Assembly (NCBI GenBank): GCA_001179505.1
Contig: CDMY01000758.1
Coordinates: 1 to 23,542 of the forward strand
Source: Vitrella brassicaformis CCMP3155
Lineage: Eukaryota > Protista > Chromerida
Reading direction: 5' to 3'
Length of the DNA: 23,542 nt
Shown: in pieces, positions 1 through 10,000 of the stretch
Layout of the letters: each line of letters starts with the position of its first letter
Position numbering within the stretch: the first letter of the stretch is position 1
The notes under the pieces: model-generated
What the model was told of the DNA's origin: nothing
What the model saw: the letters and a program-made list of their open reading frames with translations, nothing else
Databases searched by the model: none
Made by a program: the position numbers and the translations under genes

Positions 1-67
1 AGCCTATGAGGAAGCCAACGAGAACCACCAGAATGGCCATCATTGGCGTCAGCGCGACAAGAAGCAA
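1..67 (-). CDS. Exon of a second aryl-sulfate sulfotransferase-like paralog (hydrophobic signal/anchor segment); gene runs off the left edge
   Basis: Acceptor ggggccag| at 68-69, then LLLVALTPMMAILVVLVGFLIG, matching LLVVTPLIAILVVLVALLIG of the ASST gene near 20366-20430. Upstream donor ctccag|gtgag near 146, with a 14-nt tandem duplication (acctggagcagcgg x2). The ATG seen in the other copy (20873) reads aag here, so this copy may be 5'-damaged. Confidence 0.7.
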   Translation of the reverse strand, partial: MLLVALTPMMAILVVLVGFLIG

Positions 68-832
68 CTGGCCCCCGCACCGACAACACACGAATCAACG
101 AATCACACCAAGGACACGGAGATGTATGCGATGTGTGTACTCTCACCTGGAGCAGCGGACCTGGAGCAGCGGTGCCTTGTACAAACCCTGATGGTAGCCT
201 TGGGACCAGATTTTTGTCGAAAAAGGGGATTTTGGGGTAAATGTCTCCTGGGTAAATCTGTCGGCCTCTCTTTCCCGTCAAACACTAGACGAGGGCAGCG
301 GAGCCCTAGGACATAATGACACGCTGGCCCGAATGCGCTGGTCGCGTCTCCTTGGTCCCTCGTGTCCCCCCTCCCGGCGTATCGCTGGCTCTCTGTCTTC
401 CTCTTCCTCAGGTTCCCCGTTTGGATGGGTTTGTGCCGATCGCCGTGGGTTTCAGATATAGTTGCCAGACGTTAACAGGATCCACTCTTATTAACTCATA
501 ACCTTGTTTTATTGGGCGTTCATTTAGATGTGCCGAATCATGAAATGCTCCCGCCACATGTCATGAGATTCACTTGCTGGTCACTACTGGTCACACTCTG
601 TCTGTGTCAGCATCCGGCAATAGGCATATGGTAGCAGCTTTGCAACCAGACAAATTAAGGGCGCTTCGAGTGTCCGGCATCAACCCCGACCAGCAACACA
701 GGTCAAAGATGCAATGGCGTTTTGTCCACAGCTTTTCGTGGATGGTCAAAGAGACATGCCTACATTCGAGTCCACGTTGAATTGCCATGGACAGACTGTT
801 CAACTGGTGCGTAGACTAGAAAGGTCGAGACA

Positions 833-1238
833 CAAGGCAAGCGTCTTGGTGGTCGAAAACTGGCTGCGAGCCACGAAAACCGACCTCTGAGCCCAAAACC
901 AGCTTTGCACAGTGCAAAACCGGTTTTGCGACAGAGAAAACCCGTTTGCGATAGAGAAAACCGGTTTTGCTTTTTTTCAAAGCCCGGTTTTCCCTGTTTG
1001 AGTGCCGGTTTTATAGAGACACGACCACAAATAGATGTCTCCACAAAACTGTGGCTCGAAAACCGGCACTCAAACAGGGAAAACCGGGCTTTGAAAACAA
1101 GCAAAACCGGTTTTCTCTATCGCAAACGGGTTTTCTCTGTCGCAAAACAGGTTTTGCGCTGTGCAAAGCTGATTTTGGGCTCAGAGGTCGGTTTTCGTGG
1201 CTCGCAGCCAGTTTTCGACCACCAAGACGCTTGCCCTG
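833..1238. mobile_element. Non-autonomous foldback/MITE-like DNA element, 406 bp
   Basis: Inverted arms 833-1012 and 1059-1238 (180 bp each, 5 mismatches counted) around a 46-bp spacer. Arms carry repeated AAAACCGGTTTT-like motifs. Termini are CA(A/G)GGCAAGCG. The element is absent from the paralogous site at about 21240. No clean long TSD; only a CA dinucleotide flanks both ends. Confidence 0.85.
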
Positions 1239-1466
1239 CAGCCAGTTGCACTCCAACTGATGAACTTCGAGCTCTATTTATCCATGTGCATCTCTCTCCA
1301 TCGAGCCACCCGCTCCCTCCTCAAGAGCGACTACATGTTTCTGTCAGATCCCGGCAGGACAGGAGGTAGGCCGGCGCGCGGTGGCAGGTCTCTGCACCGC
1401 AGCTCGCTCCGTCTGTGTGCATTCCTATCGTCCATCAGGCACTCCCACGCCCGGCCACACTATGTC

Positions 1467-3522
1467 CTAGCACAGCGTCTCACGAGACATTTGCTGCCAT
1501 CCAATCGGCCTGTCTATCTCAGCGAAGGCCTCGCGTGGTGGAGGCTTTGGGAGCAGCTGATAAGTGCTCATATCGTATGCTACTCTCATCTGCAGGATGC
1601 TGCGTGATAAGAGACTCATTCTTCTCGTCTCACGTGTTTGTTTTTATGCATGCTCGTCACTATGTGTCTGCGCTCCGGCGCTTCAAGAATTCAGTATGAG
1701 CATGTACGGTTTTTTACATGTTAATTTGCCCTTCAACACGTCTATGTTATGTCTGACCGTATTCCGATACGGTCATTTGTACGAATGTGTACCCTCCATA
1801 AGGTATACGTACACCTCCCTCGTCGGTTTGCCCGCCGGGCAAGCCGACGAGGGAGGTGGTGGGTGTTTTTCTATAGGGTGGCCGGCTATGGCGACCACGT
1901 ATGGGTGATGTGAGACACCCATGGCCGGCCACCTCGTGGCCAGTCAGGCCAGGATCACGGCCGTCTCCCAAGCGAAGCAACCGAGGAGGGTTGTCTGTAG
2001 TGATGCAGTGATTCACTGAATGAGTGAATGAATGAATGACAATGATCTTGGTCTCTTACCTTCCTCTTCGGCGCGCTTCAGCAGCGAAACAGATTCAGGG
2101 TCACGGAGGTATTCCCCGACGACAAACAAAGTACAAGAGATGTGGACACAGATCTGTGTCTATTTGTATGTGTGTGTGCCTATGACGTGCCTTGATGCGT
2201 GCGATAGGGTCGTTCATCTCGTCTCTGTCGAGGAGTATGGCCATTATGGGCACAGAATGGGGCACGTCGTCACCACTCACACCCGTGGTGTCTGCATCAT
2301 CCCATCCATCACATGTCTCGTGTCTATATCATATGTGCGGGAAAGGGCACCTGCTGGGTGTCCGTGGACACTCTCTGCGTCTGCCTCAGAGCCGTCAATG
2401 AACGACGCACCCTATCGAACACCACACCACACACACACATACACAGAGAGAGAGAGGGAGACACCATATGTGCTGTGCTTGGTGTCTCGGCCGTTTTCTT
2501 ACACGTTTGTCTCTCTCCCTGTCGCCTTCATCAAAAGCCCCTGAGATATGCATGCACGTAGGCATGTGTGTGTTTGTGCATACGTGAGGTGTGTGCTGAC
2601 TGACTGCCTGGCCGACTGACTGACCGTAGTGGCGCCCCCCCAGCCGACGAGATGGGTCATGTTCCGGCTCTTCCAGAACTTACGGTCCAAATCCTGTGTG
2701 TGCACACACATATGCAAATGCACATACATTGAGGAAGGAGGGACAGGTATCTGCATGTACATATGTACATATCTTACCTACCTGAAGTTTGCGGTCGAGG
2801 ATTCGGTATGCATTGCGCTCCACCGTCTCCGTCCGACCTGCACACACACAATCACACACACATCCATAGGATGTGTGTGTGTGTGTGTGTGTGTTAGGTG
2901 CACAGCGGCTATGATTTGCCGCTGTACGTCAACCCTTTTCACCTCATCCCATTCTACGGTACACTCACACACACCAATCTTGCGTGTTTGTGGAGCGGTG
3001 TACCTCCCTTAGCACCGGTCGATCCCGGTGTCTCCCTCTCCCCCCCGCTCCCGACTCCCCGTTCGCCGTACTTGACGCGCTGGTCCTCCAGCCAACCGGG
3101 GGTCAGATGGTCGATGTAACTACACACACACAATGCAATGCCATCCATCCATGTCATGACACACACAGACGCCCTTGGGTTGGGTGTCTGTCTGTGCGTT
3201 GCTTATGTACGTACGTCCAGAGGGATGGCAGCTGTATGGGCAGCTCCTCTGCACGGCCGTCGATCGCTGATATGTGCAAGGGCTGTGGGGGCGGGGGGGA
3301 GACACACACACACGGATACGCACACACACACACACACAGATACGCACACACACACACACACACACAGTGACGCGCGTGTGTATGTGTGTTCTTGGCGGCG
3401 TCCCTGAGCATGTCTCTCTGCCGTGTGGACTGCCGCGATGGCGGGGCGTGCAGGTACTTGGAGGCCATCGTAGGAAAGGGCGCCGGCAGGTCCTTGTACG
3501 CCAGAAGAGGCACACCCAATGG
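1467..3522 (-). CDS. Multi-exon hypothetical protein; both ends unresolved
   Basis: Exons bounded by AG/GT. Clean in-phase joins link YIDHLTPGWLEDQRVKY (3120-3004), GRTETVERNAYRILDRKLQ (2837-2782), DLDRKFWKSRNMTHLVGWGGATT, GLLMKATGRETN and VRRSLTALRQTQRVSTDTQQ, and separately VVGEYLRDPESVSLLKRAEEE to DNPPRLLRLGDG. Likely upstream exons are PLGVPLLAYKDLPAPFPTMASK (from 3522) and AIDGRAEELPIQLPSLWT. Candidate last exon MRVAYDMSTYQLLPKPPPREAF...LC* (TAG 1467-1469). Joins around 2130-2300 and below 1930 are unresolved. No family recognised. Confidence 0.5.
1812..1933. other. Two adjacent inverted-repeat hairpins
   Basis: 1812-1858: 22-bp stem (cacctccctcgtcggtttgccc / gggcaagccgacgagggaggtg, one G-T pair) with a 3-nt loop. 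About 1878-1933: ggtggccggctatgg pairs with ccatggccggccacc; an alternative inner stem is atgggtg/cacccat. Confidence 0.85.
2872..2894. repeat. (TG)n microsatellite (representative; many similar intronic tracts, e.g. 3302-3366, 7188-7214, 9160-9220, 11541-11577)
   Basis: Directly visible dinucleotide and tetranucleotide tracts, mostly within introns. Confidence 0.95.
2898..2958 (+). pseudogene. ERG25: Orphan exon of a sterol C4-methyl oxidase (ERG25/MSMO1, fatty-acid hydroxylase family)
   Basis: ttag|VHSGYDLPLYVNPFHLIPFY(G)|gtacac, with intact splice sites. It resembles human MSMO1 [20 protein letters not shown] as recalled. The downstream HDxHH exon and the upstream His boxes were not found in the window. 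Confidence 0.75.
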
Positions 3523-3639
3523 CTGCAGGGAACATCGATATATCAGCATGGATGCACACAAAGCGAGCGGGGTCCATCAATGATACAACAAACAAAAAAC
3601 CTTGTAGGGGCTTCGTCCATGTGTCTCTGCTTAGTCGCC

Positions 3640-3720
3640 ACCTCTTTCATCAGCTGATTGACGAAGTGTGAGCCATTGTCAGTGATTATCTCTTCTCCAC
3701 TCGGGTCCCCCCGAAGTTGA
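3640..3720 (-). mobile_element. LTR-retrotransposon (Ty3/Gypsy-like) integrase core relic
   Basis: Translation EEIITDNGSHFVNQLMKEV fits the rve motif around the second catalytic Asp (IxTDNGxxF). VNFGG lies just upstream in another frame. No other pol domains or LTRs were seen. Confidence 0.6.
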
Positions 3721-4015
3721 CGACTTCGGTATCCACTGCAGCGCACGTCAGGCAGCGCACGTCAGGCGAGTAGCGAGAATGTGCCCCTCGTGAACAACAC
3801 TGTTACAATAGTCTGTCTCTCAATCATTCACTTTCCGAAGAGACTTGATATTGACGTGGGTGTCGTAGCTGCCACACAAGACACTTATATAGTGTACAGA
3901 AACAGAGACAGGTCTCAACCGAATGCGCCAATCAAGGCAAGAAACAGGACACAAGTGCAAGCCACAACTTACACGTTACGTCACGATCCCAGGTCACGAT
4001 GCTTGAAACCAGTTT

Positions 4016-7000
4016 CTAGCGTGACGTGGTGAGGATATGGACATTCTGCCTTAACCCTTCATCCTCATCATCCTCGCCTGTGTCATCAGCATCCTCAAAG
4101 TCAATGTCGCCGCTGTCCATCCTAACAGCCGCAAACCACATGGGCGACGTTGGCGAACTGATACCAGACACACAGTATGTGCATGCGCACATTGATCACG
4201 TCGGCAGATTTTCTTCCCTCGTGGTCGTACCGTTCGCCTGCAGGAACCTCTTCCGGCTCTTCTGCGTTGTGGTTGTCTCCCTGCTCCCCCGCGGCCTCCG
4301 TAGGCGATCTGACTTCAATGCCCTCAAGAGCCAGCGCCATGGCAGCTGTGCCGCTCTGCTGCTCCTGTGGGCGTTTCGGCGACGCAGTGGGAGAGTTTTC
4401 GACACTCTTGAAATGCACCTCGGATGGCCGTGCGTCCCTGCCTTCCAGACCCGGCTCATACCTCCCGCTGGCCATGGGGCTCTTGCCTGTCTTGATGATG
4501 CTGCTCATGCGACTCAGAAGCCCCATCAACACCCCAGCCCCAGGCTTCTTGTCGGGACCCCTCATATGCGCACGAGTCAAGCGCCTGAAAGAGAAGACGG
4601 TAAGCAACCCCATGCAAAGCGGGATGTCATAGGACATCTATAGATGCAGTCGGAATGTGCACTCACCCTGACGTGGCCATGTTGACCTGGAAGACGTCGC
4701 CAGCGTACAGGTCGTCAGGGATCAAATCGGAACCTGCATATATGCGGGCAGCGTGTGTCAGCGTTGCCTGGCACTCTGGCTGTGTTTTCCTTCGTCATGT
4801 CTCACCTTCTCTGCCCTGCACGAAAGCCAACACAGAAAACGGTAATTACCTAGCCCTACAGACTGTAGATGCGCGCAGGCACATACCAGGACTTTGTGAA
4901 GGCCCTTGACGTAAAGGGGCTTGTCGATGGCCTCGAGCTGCAGGCGGCAAGCGAGGCACGGAGCATAGCGACACCATTAAGCACCAGTGGCCACGTTGCT
5001 GCGATATGATGTGTTGTGCGTGTGGATGTAGGCCGACCTTTAGCATTTCGACTGTTTGTCTGAGTTTCCTCTTGTCGGGCGCCGTGACAGTCTCCAGATC
5101 CATCTCCTGCACACACCAATGTAGTGACCAATACATACCACCTCCCGCCGCCCTGTAGAAACACATTCATAGAGGCATCCATGTGCCTGACCAAGAACTC
5201 AGAGGGGGTGTGATAAAGACAGTATCCAACCTGCAGACATCATACGACCAACAGCAAGTGGTGCTGTGCCATCGACCCACTCTTCCGCCTACGATTTTGG
5301 AATCGAGAGTGAGTCTTTTGAGTTGCATTTTCTGCATTTTCTTGAGTCGTTTGTTGGACGCCATGACGATTGGCAGGACGATGCTGACGATGACAAGTGC
5401 GAAGCTGATGAAGACGGTGCCGAGCAGGGTGCCGATGAAGACAGACTCGTTCCTGTCTGTGCGAGGAATGAAGTACTGGCCGCTCACGCACATGACACAC
5501 AGCGCCAGCAGCAATGACACATCCAGAACTGACACATTGATCAGCCAGCCAAGCATTCAATCACATCACCACACAGCATAATACAGCCATGGCAAGGAAA
5601 TTATCACTGTGCGCCTTCTCTGTGCTAGGCGTGTACAATTGTTTTCGTTGGAGAGCCAAGGCCAGTAGAAGATCTGCAGTGCGAGCGGCCATATTGGTGT
5701 CAGATTCTGTATGTGCCGTTTGTGGCTCCTCGTGTGCCCATGCGCGTGCCTGTAGCGAGAGGGACACGATGATGATAAAGATGGTGATGAGGGCCTGCAA
5801 GCTGCACACACAAGGGACGGCAAGTTCAAACAGAGACCATTCCCTCTTGTTGGCCGATCCGCATCGCTGAGCCTTACTGGCCGTCATTCGGCGACATGGC
5901 TATACATGCACACATACACACAGACACACACACACACACGAGACACAGAGAGGAAGATAGAGGTGCTGTAGTGGCATGCAGCGCGCGTGAATGTGCAACT
6001 GACCCGTGACGGTAGCCAGCAGCCCGTTGCGGGCCAGCAGGATGGCTCCCCACCTTTGCATGAATGAAGTACACATAAGCCATCAGTGACACCCCAGATT
6101 GGATAGTGATCTACCAGTAGACGTCAGGGCGGAACCTGCGAACAAACAATGCACGGCACGCGATATATTAGTGTCAAGAGCGGAGGCTCTATAATGGACT
6201 TACCGAAAGAAGAGGAATCGGAATCGTTCCTTGAAGGATTTGTTCTCGTAATACCAAGGCGCCACAATGCTCACGTACGCAAACAGGGCATAAACACCAA
6301 ACTGGTAAGCGCAGAGATCAAGCATATGGACACCACTCGAAGCGGCCAGGGACAGGCAGCGACAGCTGTGGTGGTCATTTCACGCACCACATAGAAGAGC
6401 ATGACGAGGATCCCGACGGGAAGGAATTGCGTCCGCCATTCGTTACTGTCGCAGAGGATCTCCGGGTAAGCGAACAAGGTCCTCTTCTTGCTGCCATGCT
6501 CGTAGCACTGACCGTACGGCGGACACACCAGACATACAACATATAGGGCAATATGCACAGCCCCGCACCTGGAATGCGGCGCAGGCATTATTGACGAAAG
6601 AAATGTACAGAATCTGCACCGCCATCCCAAGGCTGTGGGATAGGAGGCAGGCAGAGAGGCAGAGAAGGAAGAATGGGGAACAAAGAGAGCATCAGGCACC
6701 TGTTGCAGAATTTATCGAAGTCTGTGAGGTCTGAGGAAGTGATGCGCTCGATGCACCGCACGAGTGGATTCCTCTGCACCATGAAGAACCGGGGCTTGGC
6801 CTCCTCCTCCTTATCCTCCGCGTGGACGTCCCTGACCATCCCGCGCGTTCTCTCCTTCATTGTCGGCGAGGCGTTCTCGGGTGACGGCCGGAAAATCTCC
6901 ACCATACGCGGGTCGGCCATTGCCTGACCCTCCCCCGCACCCTCGTCTGAGTCGTTGTCGCGGGGGACGATCTCGGGCAGGGCCTCGTCAGGCAGGTCCT

Positions 7001-10000
7001 CGATGGCCTCATCGTTGTCCGCAGCCAAAGAACTGTGCCGCCGCCGAGACACATCCTGCGAGCAGAAACAGAGAAACCCCGACGTAGTACAGGATCAAGG
7101 AACAGACAGGCACGTTTGGCGTCCTGTGGGCGAGGGCGGGCTCGTGTCGGGTAGGATGGTCTCTCTCCCTCTCTCTCCCTGTGTGACTGTGTGTGTGTGT
7201 GTGTGTGTGTGTGTCCGCGAACCTTTCCATGGGCCACTCGGTACATGACGCGAGTAAGGGATGAGCGGCGGCTTCGCTCCTGCGGGGCCGGGATGATGGG
7301 ACCTGTGGGCATACACACATACTACTACCTCGATGGACGCACGTGGAATTATTGCTGCGACTGTACCAGGTATGATTCGCAATGATTTGAGCATTGCACA
7401 GATTCCCCAGAGGGAGAAGAAGATGAATATGATGACAATGGGCACCAGCTGACGAGTGATGTAGCTGGCCAGAGGAGTCCGGCCAATCACGCAAGCTGAC
7501 AAACGTCAGCCACATGTTTACGTATGTCTCTTCCCATGGCCCTTTGTGGTGTCTGTGCCTGACCGAGGCGGATGAATTCGACGTCGAAAAGGAAGATGCC
7601 AGCGAAGGAGAAGATATCCCGCATAAATTGGGGATAGTCTATGTTGAAGGTCCCAACTATGCTGCACGCACAACACATGCAAGCCATGCTGAGGGCCGTG
7701 TTTGTCTCATGTGCCGAGTCTGTCTGTCTGTCTGTCTGTTTGTGCACGTCCCGACTCTAGCGAACTGCTTACGAAAGGTTCTGCATGAAGTTGATGAGCA
7801 TGCCGAGTGTGAGTGAGATGTTGAGAGTGACGGCGATCTTTCTGCTCTGCGGAGTGTTGACGAATATGTGGAACACGATGGCCAGAATGTAGAGCAAAAT
7901 GAGAGTGATGACGAACGGCCCCAAACTCGACGTGCCAGAGCCGCACTTGTTGCAGCTGCCCGCACGCTTGTAGTAACCTCGCTGGCATATGCTGCTTGCG
8001 CGAGACACACACAAGGAGACAGATGTTCATCGTATCGTTGTGCATGTCCTGTCCTGTCCTATCGTGCCGTGCGTGTATCTTACGAGCATGCTCTGCCTTC
8101 CCTGCCTTCGTCGCAGAGGGGCAATTCCTTCTGTAGAGCAGGGTCAGGGCTGCCACCTGAAGAGGGGACGCAACACAGATGCACAGCTGGTTTTGCTAGC
8201 TGCTCCCAAATTGACAGGAGGGCAAGTTGGCTGCTTGTGTATGTATGTATGTGTGTGCGTACCAAGACATGCGTATGGTTCGAGGCATCTGAATACATCG
8301 ATGTCCTCAAAGCTAGCTTTATCCTTGACGAGGGCGGCCCAGTAGTTCTTCTCCAGTAGGGGCAAGTCGTACAGACGATCTGCCTCCTCATCGTATAGCA
8401 CACCCACACAACGCAGACCGGTGTACTTGTTGCCGTCACAACCTGACACATGCACACATGCCCACACACACGCGACTTATTAATACAGGTGAGTACGCAA
8501 TCATGTGTCTCACTTGCCCACTTACCTTTGCACATATCGTGTTTAATGTCGAGAAAAGTGCCCTCGACACAAGTGCAGTCCTCAATGGTGCGAGCACCGA
8601 CATCGGGGGTCGATTTAGTGGAGGGACACTCCTGAATGAACAAAGGAACAAATGAATGCTGAATGAATGAATGAATGAACGAATGAAGCACATAGACGCG
8701 TACGATGCATTGTGTTTGGCCGGTATCATTCTGATAGGTTCCCTTGGGGCAATTGAGACACAGTTCCGTGCCGTTGTCCGGAGCATAATTCCCCTTGGCC
8801 TGCACAGCCAGCATGCAGTATACGCCAGACACGGACGCATAATCAGGGTTCCTCTGGAGGAAGAGGTGTGCGAATGAGTGTGGCAGCGTACACAGGGGTC
8901 GCAGATTTCGCTCCCCAGCTGATCCGTGGAGTTGCCTGCAATAAATACCCACTCGTGCGCAATCGCCCGTTTCCCTGACTTTGCCTGCGGGAGGTGAGAA
9001 TGGCTGACCGGGTGGGCAGGGAGTGCATGACAGGGAGCCATTCGTGTCGGCATACATTCCCCTGGCGCACGGCGTGCAAGACGGCTGGCCCGTGTCACCA
9101 TTGTACGTCCCCAGCAGACACGGAATGCACTCCTCCTGACCTGAATACCCACACAGAGACAGACATACATACAGATAGACGGACAGACAGACAGACAGAC
9201 AGGCAAACAGACAAACAGACGTAGATGGTAGCAATACGGACATGTGGAAGGCACGTGACAGTGACTGACCTGCTTGCGGCTGGAAGTGGCCTGCTGGGCA
9301 CTGTCGGCACATCCAATCGCTATCAGCGTACTGCCCCGCCGGACACTCCGGCGGGAGAGATAAAATCTCCATGGCGTTGTCGGCAAATCGCCACGGCCCA
9401 TACCACGTCATTTTCTGCAGATACCACTCGTACGCAGCAGCTGTACCGCAGGGAACAGCAAAATACGACATAGCACATCGACAACCCGATATCTCGGCCC
9501 TCTCTCCTCTCTCTGTGTGTGTGAGTACCTTCCGGTTGGGTAGGTGCCCCGCTTTCGTCAATCCGAAAGTATGAGGTTTTGGGGATGGAGTCATTGCGGT
9601 TGCCCGTCGAAGGGTCAAAGCTGACGTTGCCGCCAATTCCTAAAGAGGAAGGAGGCAGACTCATGTGACGGTTACCCAAAGCATCTAGACATACCGACAA
9701 CAGGGGCCTGACTTTCAAGCATCGCCTTCAACAGGTCGCCGCGCACGTCCTGCAATTGACCGCACAGACGAGCATGTCACCACCTTTCTGTAGTTGTGCC
9801 GCTGATCAGTACTGTTATATTAGTGCCATTGTTGAGGAGCGTGTTTGTGGCCACTAAGAGCGCCATCATGGCGTCGAAAGCACGACTTGACTGACATGGA
9901 AGACACGCACGGCGCTCGAGGAGGTCTCTGTCTTGTGTGTGTGTCTGTGGGTTGAGTTGTGTGCACCTCTCCGCCCGCCACGGGGTCTGGCTCGGGTATG

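Larger units (their letters stand above)
1..1264. repeat. Direct duplication, copy 1 (ASST 5' exon plus upstream region), interrupted by a MITE at 833-1238
   Basis: Collinear match by eye of 1-830 and 1239-1264 with 20366-21268, e.g. gatcgccgtgggtttcagatatagttgcc and gtcaaagagacatgcctacattcgagtccacg. Confidence 0.95.

Noticed and set aside
760-1369. ORFs of 81-154 aa on both strands
   Set aside because: They are mirror translations of the inverted-repeat element arms.
3200-3530. Minus-strand IQLPSLW and LGVPLLAYKDLP as scrambled ERG25 exons
   Set aside because: The similarity is short, the strand is opposite to the VHSGYD exon, and the order is reversed. They fit better as ordinary exons of the unknown gene.
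5350-7930. Calling the receptor a bona fide mGluR/GABA-B ortholog
   Set aside because: About 9 hydrophobic segments, and no 7tm_3 motifs were recognisable; only the ectodomain layout matches.
8080-9636. 518-aa ORF as a complete gene
   Set aside because: It reads through several introns (microsatellite-derived SVCLFACLSV runs). The Cys-rich pieces are exons of the 4016-12614 gene.
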